Shown here one piece after another: positions 53,954 to 62,484 of a stretch of 64,000 bases of DNA (positions are counted from its first letter, which is position 1; every line of letters starts with the position of its first letter). This DNA comes from Verrucomicrobiota bacterium (lineage in GTDB: Bacteria > Verrucomicrobiota > Verrucomicrobiia > Limisphaerales > JACPZS01), in assembly GCA_016195385.1 (NCBI GenBank), contig JACPZS010000034.1, positions 5,885 to 69,884 of the forward strand, in the 5' to 3' direction. The position numbers and the translations under genes are program-made. The notes beneath the pieces are model-generated. The model had not been told where the DNA came from, did not search any database, and saw only the letters and a program-made list of their open reading frames with translations.

Positions 53954-55143
53954 ATAACAAATTCTCAATTCAACTTCTCTCGCAAATCGGATTCTTGCTT
54001 GGCTTGCTGCTGACTTCCAATTCCTCCACGACTACGTGGGCGGCGACTGCGATTGACATCGACAAGGAAACAGACGGCAAACCGCTGATTCCAATTTCAC
54101 TCTCCGGCTTCACCGGCGAACCGGATCAAGTTCTGCGCTTCGATCTCGAAGTCGCGGGATTCAAATTCGTCGCGCCTGAGCAGGCGCAATTCAACGTCAC
54201 CGGCAGCAACAACCCAAACGTGCAGGGGCAGGTGACGGATCGCATCAGCAAAGCTTCGTTGCTCTCGGTCGGCTACACCACGGCGTCGCCGCGCACGCAG
54301 GCGCACGCGCTGGCGGACGCCATCGTTCTGGCGATCACTAAAACCAAAGGCATCGCGCAGACGAAAATTGCCTTCAAGATCGACTTCGGCAAAACGAGCG
54401 AGATTTACGTGGCTGACTACGACGGTCACAATCCGCACGCGGCGACGGAAGACGGTTCCATCGTTGCCGCGCCGTGCTGGGTGCCCGGCCGACAGATGCT
54501 CTGCTACACTTCGTACAAGCTGGGCAACCCGGACATCTACTCACAGGATCTTCCTTCGGGCACTCGTAAAATCGTCGCGCGCTACTCGGGCCTCAACACC
54601 AGCGCGGCGGTTTCGCCGGACGGTACGCGCGTTGCGATGATTCTGAGCAAAGGCGGCAGCCCGGATGTTTACGTGGCGAATCTCGACGGCAGCAATTTGA
54701 AGCAACTCACGCGCACGCGCGAAGACGAGTCCTCGCCGTGTTGGTCGCCGGATGGAAAAATGATTTGCTTCGTGTCGCGCGTGAATGGCTCGCGCGCACT
54801 CTGCCGCGTCGGTGCCGACGGCGGCGAAATCCGCCGACTGCGCGCTGATGGCGTCAGCAATCCGAGCGAACCGGATTGGTCGCCGGACGGCAAAACCATC
54901 GTGTTCACCGCGCAGATGGGCGGGTTTGAAATCTGCACCATCCCGGCGGATGGCGGCACGGCGTCGCTGCTTGTTTCCGGCGAAGATCCATCGTGGGCGG
55001 CGAATTCGCGGACGGTTATTTTCACCAAACGCAGCAAAAACAGCCGGCGCAGTCTGTCTTTGCTTGACGTGCCCACCAAACACGTCAAGGATATTTCGAC
55101 GCTTGTTTCGGGAAGTTGTTCGCAGCCAAGTTGGGCTAAATAG
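53950..55143 (+). CDS. tolB: Tol-Pal system beta-propeller protein TolB
   Basis: Its ATG overlaps the upstream stop (ATGA) and it has a signal peptide. It has the repeated 'SPDG..(V/I)AF' propeller blades, for example 'SPCWSPDGKMICFVS' and 'EPDWSPDGKTIVFTA'. Confidence 0.85.
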   Translation: MNNKFSIQLLSQIGFLLGLLLTSNSSTTTWAATAIDIDKETDGKPLIPISLSGFTGEPDQVLRFDLEVAGFKFVAPEQAQFNVTGSNNPNVQGQVTDRISKASLLSVGYTTASPRTQAHALADAIVLAITKTKGIAQTKIAFKIDFGKTSEIYVADYDGHNPHAATEDGSIVAAPCWVPGRQMLCYTSYKLGNPDIYSQDLPSGTRKIVARYSGLNTSAAVSPDGTRVAMILSKGGSPDVYVANLDGSNLKQLTRTREDESSPCWSPDGKMICFVSRVNGSRALCRVGADGGEIRRLRADGVSNPSEPDWSPDGKTIVFTAQMGGFEICTIPADGGTASLLVSGEDPSWAANSRTVIFTKRSKNSRRSLSLLDVPTKHVKDISTLVSGSCSQPSWAK

Positions 55144-55173
55144 CAAACCATTCCCCAATCGAATTTAACCAAA

Positions 55174-55824
55174 ATGAAACGTTCGCAATTATTCAGAGTC
55201 TTGATTCTCGCCGTGACAGTCATGGTGGGTGCCGTTGGTTGCAAAAGACCCCAGAGCCCAATCACTCCAATTCCGCTGTCGGGATCAAGACCAGCTAATC
55301 CAGAGCTTGGTGGTCCAATCACGCCGGGCGGCGGGAAGAATGGTCCCGGCGGAGACAACGGGAGCGTGCCTAAAATCATAGATGTTCCACCTCCGATTTC
55401 AAAACCAGGCACCTCAAAAACTGATGATGGAAACACTCCATTACCGGGGCGTGAAATCATTGACGGCATGACCGCCGATCGCGAAGCCTTCCGAAACGAG
55501 ACTGTTTATTTTGAATTTGATCGTTACGCTATCAAAGCGAGCGAAGCCGGCAAACTCGAGAACATCGCCACCCAGTTGAAGCAAACTCCAGCCAACAAGC
55601 TGCGCATTGAAGGCAATTGCGACGAACGGGGTACGGAAGAATACAATCGTTCCCTCGGTGAACGCCGTGCTTTGTCCGCGCGGGAATTTCTGATCAAGCT
55701 GGGCGTCGGCGGTGATCGAATCACGACTATGAGCTATGGCGAAGACAAGCCGGCGGATCCCAGCCACGATGAAGCGGCCTGGGCAAAAAACCGCCGCGAC
55801 GAATTCGTCCTGCTAAAGCCCTAA
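55174..55824 (+). CDS. pal: peptidoglycan-associated lipoprotein Pal (OmpA-family)
   Basis: The lipobox is 'MVGAVGC'. The OmpA-like domain reads 'VYFEFDRYAIK', 'LRIEGNCDERGTEEYNRSLGERRA' and 'AKNRRDEFVL'. Confidence 0.85.
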   Translation: MKRSQLFRVLILAVTVMVGAVGCKRPQSPITPIPLSGSRPANPELGGPITPGGGKNGPGGDNGSVPKIIDVPPPISKPGTSKTDDGNTPLPGREIIDGMTADREAFRNETVYFEFDRYAIKASEAGKLENIATQLKQTPANKLRIEGNCDERGTEEYNRSLGERRALSAREFLIKLGVGGDRITTMSYGEDKPADPSHDEAAWAKNRRDEFVLLKP

Positions 55825-55917
55825 AAGCCCATTCGTGCGCTGCGGTCTTAATCTGGCAGGGTTTTGACCCTTTACTAATGACGGCCGCCGACATACGTTC
55901 AGCCACATAAGAAAACT

Positions 55918-56202
55918 ATGAATACAACACTCGCGTTATTTAACCTCGGTGGCGGGGAAGTGATTTTGATTTTTGCGGTCATCCTGTTGCTGTTCGGCGC
56001 GCGGAAATTGCCAGAGCTTGCGAAAGGCTTGGGGCAGGGCATCAAAGAGTTCAAGAAAGCCACGAGCGATGTCACGAACGAGATGCAGCGCGCGATGGAG
56101 GAGGATCACACGCCGCCTCCACCGAAGCCGATTCAAGCCGCCCACACCGAGCCGTCCAGCAGCGCTTCTTCCAGCCCGGCCACACCCGCCGCAAAGGTTT
56201 AA
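55918..56202 (+). CDS. tatA: twin-arginine translocase subunit TatA/E
   Basis: It has '[38 protein letters not shown]'. Confidence 0.87.
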   Translation: MNTTLALFNLGGGEVILIFAVILLLFGARKLPELAKGLGQGIKEFKKATSDVTNEMQRAMEEDHTPPPPKPIQAAHTEPSSSASSSPATPAAKV

Positions 56203-56225
56203 GTTGTTTTCCAGCGGGCTGATTC

Positions 56226-57230
56226 ATGGCAACTGATCCCGAAGAGGATCGGCCGTACTTTGAGGACGAAGAAGGCGGGCCGGTAAAATCCTTTCTCGAA
56301 CATCTCGAAGACCTGCGCTGGACGCTGATGAAGTGCGTCTCCGCTGTGGGTATCGGTTGCGTCATCTGTCTGCTGGGTTCGCCGTATCTCGTTAAAATTC
56401 TCAAGTGGCCGCTGGAGCGCTCGGAGGTCAATCTGACGGCCCGCCAAGCCTCCGTCGCGGTGCGCTTCGGCACAAACTGGATCGGTAACTTCCATCCCGG
56501 ACCGGGGCAGCTTGGCTCGCTGCCATTCAGCACCAACGGAGCATCGGCGATTGAAATCGTGCCGATTCTGGTCGGGACGAATCACTTCTTGAGCGCGCGC
56601 ATCATTCCGAGTGATTCTGTCGAGATTCCTTTTTCGAGCGCCGTAAAAATTTTGAACATGGGACCGGCGAGCAGTTTTTACGTCGCGTTCCAGCTCGCGA
56701 TCTACGGCGGCATCGTGCTGGCCTCGCCGTTTCTGATCTACTTCATCGCACAATTCGTGCTGCCGGCGCTTCGCTTGCACGAAAAGAAATATTTGCGGCA
56801 AGGATTCGGCATCGGGACGGTGCTCTTTCTCGCTGGCGTTTCGTTCTGCTATTTCGCCCTGATGCCGGTGGCGCTGGCGGCGGCGGTTCGTTACTCGGAG
56901 TGGATGGGTTTTGAATCGTTCCAATGGACGGCGGAGCTCTACACCGGCTTCATCGGCAAATTCATGCTCGGCATGGGGCTGGGTTTTGAAATGCCGCTCG
57001 TCATCCTGATGCTCGTGCGCATCGGCATTTTGACTTACGCGCAACTGGCGAGTTTCCGTCGCTACATGATCGTTTTGAACTTGGTTCTGGGCGCGGTGTT
57101 GACCACGCCGGAAGTGCTGACGCAGGTGATGATGGCGATTCCGCTGCAGTTTCTTTACGAAGTCAGCGTCTGGGTCGCGTGGTACTGGGAGCGACAGGAC
57201 AAGAAACGCCAGGCTGCGACGGAAGTCTAG
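56226..57230 (+). CDS. tatC: twin-arginine translocase subunit TatC (with enlarged first periplasmic loop)
   Basis: It has 'FLEHLEDLRWTLMKC', 'LPALRLHEKKY', 'GFEMPLVILMLVRIGIL' and 'VLGAVLTTPEVLTQVMMAIPL'. It is about 75 aa longer than E. coli TatC, and the extra sequence lies between TM1 and TM2. Confidence 0.85.
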   Translation: MATDPEEDRPYFEDEEGGPVKSFLEHLEDLRWTLMKCVSAVGIGCVICLLGSPYLVKILKWPLERSEVNLTARQASVAVRFGTNWIGNFHPGPGQLGSLPFSTNGASAIEIVPILVGTNHFLSARIIPSDSVEIPFSSAVKILNMGPASSFYVAFQLAIYGGIVLASPFLIYFIAQFVLPALRLHEKKYLRQGFGIGTVLFLAGVSFCYFALMPVALAAAVRYSEWMGFESFQWTAELYTGFIGKFMLGMGLGFEMPLVILMLVRIGILTYAQLASFRRYMIVLNLVLGAVLTTPEVLTQVMMAIPLQFLYEVSVWVAWYWERQDKKRQAATEV

Positions 57231-57239
57231 GCGACTTGT

Positions 57240-58040
57240 TCAACGGTTGTCGCCGTCGATCAACCGCCCAAGCCCGCCGAGTATCGAGCCTTCCTCACGT
57301 CCACCGTGCCCAGTCTGAGGTGCGGCGGCGTAGATGCGTCCAGCCAATCGACTCAGCGGCAAAGATTGCAGCCAGATTCGCCCCGGCCCGCGCAGCGTGG
57401 CGAAGAAAAGTCCTTCGCCGCCGAAGAGCGCGGATTTGATCTTGCCAACGTATTGGATGTCGTAATCGACCGTGGGCTGAAACGCCACGATGCAACCTGT
57501 ATCCACGCGAATGATTTCACCCACGGCGAGGTCGCGTTGATAGATCGTGCCGCCGGCGTGGACAAAGGCCAGCCCGTCGCCCTGTAATCTTTCCAGGATG
57601 AAACCTTCGCCACCGAAGAGACCGGCCCCGAACCTTTTTGTGAAAGCGATGCCGAGGCTGACGCCTTTGGCGGCACAAAGGAACGCATCTTTTTGCGCAA
57701 GCAACTCGCCGCCGATTTCATTGAGCTTGATGGGAATGATTTTGCCAGGGTAGGGCGCTCCGAATGCGACATGCTTTTTCCCGGCGCCGTGATTTTGGAA
57801 AACAGTCATGAAGAGCGACTCACCCGTGAGCAACCGTTTGCCGGCGCCGAGGAGCGCGCCGAGAAAGCCGCTGTTTTGTTGGGAGCCGTCGCCAAAAATG
57901 GTTTCCATTTCAATCCCATCGTCCATGTACATCATGCCGCCCGCCTCGGCGACGGCGGCTTCCATCGGGTCTAGTTCGAGTTCCACGAACTGCATGTCAT
58001 CACCGAAAATCTTGTAATCCACTTCGTGCATCGTTGGCAT
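57240..58040 (-). CDS. TIGR00266/AIM24-family (DUF124) protein
   Basis: It has '[44 protein letters not shown]' and '[23 protein letters not shown]', which are characteristic of the family. The start is 58040 or 58031. Confidence 0.75.
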   Translation of the reverse strand: MPTMHEVDYKIFGDDMQFVELELDPMEAAVAEAGGMMYMDDGIEMETIFGDGSQQNSGFLGALLGAGKRLLTGESLFMTVFQNHGAGKKHVAFGAPYPGKIIPIKLNEIGGELLAQKDAFLCAAKGVSLGIAFTKRFGAGLFGGEGFILERLQGDGLAFVHAGGTIYQRDLAVGEIIRVDTGCIVAFQPTVDYDIQYVGKIKSALFGGEGLFFATLRGPGRIWLQSLPLSRLAGRIYAAAPQTGHGGREEGSILGGLGRLIDGDNR

Positions 58041-58151
58041 ATATGTTTGCTCCGGATTTGAGGTTAATTTGTTGTCACTTCGTTCGCGCAAGATTCAGCC
58101 TGCGCTGGCGCGGGCAGCAATTACAAAAAAAGACGCTGGCTCTACCCGGAC

Positions 58152-59255
58152 TCAAAGATGGCAGCCTGCCATTACGTCCGATTCTGGTAACGCGACCGGA
58201 AACGGCTCCAGCCGCATCGGGTCGTCGTGATCGAGATAGCGGGCGCAGATGGCAAAGAATTCATTCTCCGTTTCAGCGCGCCGGATCGAATGAAGAAAAG
58301 TGCCGGTTGGATCAATTCCCAACCCAATAAAGTTCATGTACTTTTTCATCTTCTGTACGTGGGCCGGTGATTTGATGCCTGGCGGCCGGGCTGCGTGAAA
58401 GAGATCGCTGACGTATTGAAGCACGTCGCGGCCAGTCGGAACAAATGGGGTGGCACCCGACGCGAGTTCGCGGATTTGCCGGAATATCCAGGGATTGCGG
58501 ATCGCCCCGCGACCGATCATCAAGCCGCGCGCGCCAGTTGTGGCGAGAATCTCAGCCGCCTTGCGAGCCGAGGACACGTTGCCATTGGCGAGCACCGGAC
58601 ACGGCATCTGCTCGACCGCCCGCGCGATGACATCGTAGTGAACGTCGCCGCGGTACATTTCTGCCACCGTACGTCCATGCACCGTGAGTAGATCCAGCGA
58701 ATGGCGGGCAAAAATCTCCAGCAAGTCGGCGAATTTATCGACCGATTCAAAACCGATCCGCGTCTTCACGGTAAACTTCGTCGTTACTACGTTCCGCAAT
58801 GCGCCGAGGATTGCGTCCACGCGGGCCGGCTCACGCAACAAACCGCCGCCGGCACACTTGCGGTAAACAATCGGGGCCGGGCAGCCCAAGTTCAAATCGA
58901 TGCCCGCCACTGGATAATGCTGCAATTCGCGCGCGGTTCGCACCAGGGACGGAATGTCATTCCCAATCATTTGAGCGAAGATCGGTCGCCCGGTTGGATT
59001 CTTCTCGATCGATTCGAGAATCCACGGCTCTAAATGCGAAGTCGCGTGAACGCGGAAAAATTCTGTGAAATACAAATCAGCCCCGCCATAGTGGGCCATC
59101 AGTCTCATGAACGGGAGATCGGTCACATCTTGCATCGGGGCCAGCGCGAGGGTTGGCTCCGTTTTCTGCCGGCAGGTGTGAAACGAGTCCACGACTTGAG
59201 GCGCAATACATTTGGTCACAAATAAAGTTCGATTTAGCGCCATCATTTGGCGCAT
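58152..59255 (-). CDS. tRNA-dihydrouridine synthase (Dus family)
   Basis: It has 'LAPMQDVTDLPFMRL', 'GIDLNLGCPAPIV' (catalytic Cys), 'TVKTRIG', 'LTVHGRT' and 'ANGNV...GLMIGRGAIRNPWIF'. I trimmed the start to the Met at 59255. The ORF-track N-terminal 186 aa are low-complexity and run antisense into grpE. Confidence 0.8.
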   Translation of the reverse strand: MRQMMALNRTLFVTKCIAPQVVDSFHTCRQKTEPTLALAPMQDVTDLPFMRLMAHYGGADLYFTEFFRVHATSHLEPWILESIEKNPTGRPIFAQMIGNDIPSLVRTARELQHYPVAGIDLNLGCPAPIVYRKCAGGGLLREPARVDAILGALRNVVTTKFTVKTRIGFESVDKFADLLEIFARHSLDLLTVHGRTVAEMYRGDVHYDVIARAVEQMPCPVLANGNVSSARKAAEILATTGARGLMIGRGAIRNPWIFRQIRELASGATPFVPTGRDVLQYVSDLFHAARPPGIKSPAHVQKMKKYMNFIGLGIDPTGTFLHSIRRAETENEFFAICARYLDHDDPMRLEPFPVALPESDVMAGCHL

Positions 59256-59463
59256 ATCCGCATGAACAGAGTGATTAACATTTCCAGCACCTCCCTGACA
59301 ACTCGTTCCGTCGGAGGTTGCTGGTGAACCGCGCGATAAAACATCTTCTTTTGAATGAGCGGCTGGAAATGGCTTGATTACCTGTCCAAATTTGACGGGG
59401 TAGCTAACGCTGTTGCTCAACCGGACTCCTTGTTGTAATCTTGCCGTCGCTTTCAAAATAAAA

Positions 59464-60045
59464 ATGAGCAAAGATAAAATTGAAATTGATAAAGAAACTT
59501 CCGAACTGAGTGACGTGGAAGCGTCGCCAGGCCCGGACGAAACCGTGCCCGCTTTGACTGCCGAACAAGTCGAGGGACTAAAGATCGGAGCCGCGAAGGC
59601 CACCGAGCATTGGGAGCGCTTCGTGAGATTAACGGCGGACTTTGAGAATTTTAAAAAGCGCGCTACTCGCGAACGCGATGAGGCGAGGAAATTTGCCAAC
59701 GAAAGCTTGCTCGAAAAACTCATTCCCGTGCTCGACAATTTTGACATGGCACTCGCCGCGGCGTCGGCGACGAAAGAAGCAGCCAACGAGTCTCTGCAAG
59801 CTGGCATCGGCATGATTTACAACCAGCTTCGCGGCGCGCTAAAAGACGCCGGCCTCGAAGAAGTGGATGCGAGTGGCAAGCCCTTCGATCCGAACTGGCA
59901 CGAGGCCGTCGCGGAACAGGAGTCGGCGGACGTGGCCGAGGGACAGGTATTGCAGCAGTTGCGCAAAGGCTATAAGCTGCGCGAACGGTTGCTGCGACCG
60001 GCGACAGTCGTCGTCGCAAAAAAAACCACTACCGCGAGCAAATGA
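59464..60045 (+). CDS. grpE: nucleotide exchange factor GrpE
   Basis: From the ATG at 59464 it has 'RLTADFENFKKRATRERDEARKFANESLLEKLIPVLDNFDMAL' and the C-terminal 'FDPNWHEAVAEQES....GQVLQQLRKGYKLRERLLRPATVVV'. Confidence 0.87.
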   Translation: MSKDKIEIDKETSELSDVEASPGPDETVPALTAEQVEGLKIGAAKATEHWERFVRLTADFENFKKRATRERDEARKFANESLLEKLIPVLDNFDMALAAASATKEAANESLQAGIGMIYNQLRGALKDAGLEEVDASGKPFDPNWHEAVAEQESADVAEGQVLQQLRKGYKLRERLLRPATVVVAKKTTTASK

Positions 60046-60135
60046 GCGCCGCCCACGCCGGACGGTTAATCGCTCATTTGCACAAACTCACCGTTTAGCG
60101 CGATTCACTGGCACGAAACGATTTTCAACCAGGCC

Positions 60136-61269
60136 ATGGCCAAACGAGATTATTACGAAGTTCTCAGTGTCGCTCGCGATGCCAGCGACGAGGAGATCAA
60201 AAAATCCTATCGCAAGCTCGCGATCAAATACCATCCCGACAAAAATCCCGGTGACAAAGCCGCCGAAGAAAAGTTCAAAGAACTCAGTGAAGCCTACGAA
60301 GCTCTCAGCGACCAGCAGAAGCGTGCCGCGTACGATCAATACGGCCATGCGGCGTTTGACCCGCGTGCGCGGTCCCGAGGCGGCGGCGGCTTTCACGATC
60401 CGTTTGATATTTTCCGCGAAGTCTTTGGCGGTGGTGGCGGCAGCAGCATTTTCGGTGACATTTTTGGCGAGAGTCGGCGCGACCCTGCCGGGCCGGAGCG
60501 CGGCGCGGATTTGCGCTACGACATGGAGTTGTCTTTCGAAGAAGCTGCGCTGGGTTGCGAACGGGAAATCTCTGTTACAAAGATGGATTCGTGCGAACGC
60601 TGCCACGGCTCCGGCGCGGAAGCTGGTTCCACGCATAAAAATTGTCCGCCATGTGGCGGGCGCGGCCAGGTGATCAGTTCACGCGGCATTTTCAGCATCG
60701 CGCAGACGTGCCCGCGCTGCCAGGGGGCGGGGCGCATCATCGAGAAACCGTGCCGGGTTTGTGAAGGTTCGGGCCGGCAGGAGCGCGGCTCAAAAATCAA
60801 AATCAAAGTGCCGCCGGGGGTCGATACCGGCACGCGCCTGCGGTCCAACGGCAATGGCGAGGGCGGTTCGCGGGGCGGGCCGCCAGGCGATTTGTATGTG
60901 GTGTTGCACGTCAAAGCGCACGAAATTTTCGAGCGTGAAGGCGACGATTTGATTTGCGAAGTGCCGGTTCAATTCGTGCAGGCCGCGCTCGGAGCGGAGA
61001 TCGAAGTGCCGACGCTTACCGGTAAAGCGAGCATTCGCGTGCCGGAGGGGACGCAACCAGGCACGGTCTTTCGCTTGAAAGGCAAAGGCGTGAAAAACAT
61101 CCAAGGCTACGGCTGGGGCGATTTGCATGTGCGCGTGAGCGTGGAAGTGCCGACGCGTCTGAATCACGCGCAGCGGACGAAACTTCAGGAGTTCGCCGGA
61201 CTTTGCGATGCCAGCGTCAATCCACTGAGCCGCGGCTTCTTTGAAAAAGCCAAACGGTTTTTTGGATGA
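60136..61269 (+). CDS. dnaJ: molecular chaperone DnaJ
   Basis: The J-domain reads '[36 protein letters not shown]'. It has a G/F region and four CxxCxGxG zinc-finger repeats ([32 protein letters not shown]). Confidence 0.93.
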   Translation: MAKRDYYEVLSVARDASDEEIKKSYRKLAIKYHPDKNPGDKAAEEKFKELSEAYEALSDQQKRAAYDQYGHAAFDPRARSRGGGGFHDPFDIFREVFGGGGGSSIFGDIFGESRRDPAGPERGADLRYDMELSFEEAALGCEREISVTKMDSCERCHGSGAEAGSTHKNCPPCGGRGQVISSRGIFSIAQTCPRCQGAGRIIEKPCRVCEGSGRQERGSKIKIKVPPGVDTGTRLRSNGNGEGGSRGGPPGDLYVVLHVKAHEIFEREGDDLICEVPVQFVQAALGAEIEVPTLTGKASIRVPEGTQPGTVFRLKGKGVKNIQGYGWGDLHVRVSVEVPTRLNHAQRTKLQEFAGLCDASVNPLSRGFFEKAKRFFG

Positions 61270-61296
61270 GGAATCGTTCCTTTCAGTTGCCGAACA

Positions 61297-62070
61297 ATGC
61301 GCCGTTTTTTTCTTCCGCCTGAGCAGTGCCGATCCAAGACCCTGACACTGTCCGATCGCGAAGCGCACCACGCGCTGCACGTGCTGCGGTTGCGACTAGA
61401 CGAGCGACTGGCGGTGCTTGATGGGCGCGGACATGAATTCCACTGCCGAGTGAGCGCGGTGCAACGGCATGACGTCGTGCTCGAAGTCTTGCAGAAGAAT
61501 TATTCGCCGCCCCTCCCGTGTTCCATCTCTTTGATGCAAGCGATTCCGAAAGGAAAAACGATGGACACCATCGTGCAAAAAGCGACCGAACTTGGCGTCG
61601 CGCGCATCGTGCCGATACTGTCGGAACGAACGACGGTGCAGTTGGACGAAGAAGACGCGGCGACCAAATCTGTGAAATGGCGAGCGACGGCAATTGAATC
61701 CATCAAACAATGCGGCTCAACCTGGCTGCCCGCGTTGGAGCCGGCACTCTCGCCAAAGGAATTTCTGGCGCGCGGTGAAAGATTCGACTTGCACCTGATC
61801 GCGTCACTCCAAAATGACAGCCAGCATTTACGCCGGCACCTCGAACGATTTCGCACGGATGGAGGAACACTGCCCAAAACTATCGCCGTGTGGGTCGGGC
61901 CTGAAGGCGATTTCACTCCCGCCGAACTAAGTGCCACAAAGTCCGCCGGCGCATTGCCCATCACGCTCGGCCCATTGATTCTGCGCTGCGACACCGCCGC
62001 GCTCTATTGCCTTTCCATTCTAAACTACGAACTACAGTCGCCTGTGGACTTTGAAAAACAACTCAACTAG
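61297..62070 (+). CDS. rsmE: 16S rRNA (uracil1498-N3)-methyltransferase RsmE
   Basis: It has 'MRRFFLPPEQ...LSDREAHHALHVLRLRLDERLAVLDGRG', 'QAIPKGKTMDTIVQKATELGV' and the SPOUT knot 'VGPEGDFTPAEL'. Confidence 0.85.
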   Translation: MRRFFLPPEQCRSKTLTLSDREAHHALHVLRLRLDERLAVLDGRGHEFHCRVSAVQRHDVVLEVLQKNYSPPLPCSISLMQAIPKGKTMDTIVQKATELGVARIVPILSERTTVQLDEEDAATKSVKWRATAIESIKQCGSTWLPALEPALSPKEFLARGERFDLHLIASLQNDSQHLRRHLERFRTDGGTLPKTIAVWVGPEGDFTPAELSATKSAGALPITLGPLILRCDTAALYCLSILNYELQSPVDFEKQLN

Positions 62071-62210
62071 AAAATCCATGTCTCGATGCACTCACCCAGC
62101 ACCTGTCCACCAAATCGGGGCAAGGCCAGTTGCCAATGTTCACAGCGTGCGTCGGGAATTTTTCTTGATCCAAATTTTGCGGCATCGATAGTCTCTGATT
62201 CAGGCGTGCA

Positions 62211-62285
<75 letters not shown>

Positions 62286-62484
62286 GTTTGCATCCTCCCG
62301 GAAGTGAACCGCTCCGCGTCCGACTTCGCGAGGACACGCACGACCGCTGCGAACGCAGTTTCCTCTTTTCTTCGCGGCAGACGCCGTTATCTTCACGCCC
62401 GTACGAAATCGGTTGAAGGTTTGACGGTGCGGCGGCCACGGAACCCGCTGAAGACTCGGTCAACGCCCACCGCTCAATTTACAA

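Noticed and set aside
59256-59463. A CIRCE/HrcA operator or sigma-32 promoter upstream of grpE.
   Set aside because: No TTAGCACTC-N9-GAGTGCTAA-like inverted repeat is present. The only CTTGAA-like strings lack a matching CCCCAT -10 box at the right spacing.
59256-59813. The 186-aa N-terminal extension of the Dus ORF (ORF track 58152-59813), which would overlap grpE antisense.
   Set aside because: The extension is Ser/Ala-rich and has no Dus homology. Homology begins just after the Met at 59255. The opposite strand carries a well-supported grpE.
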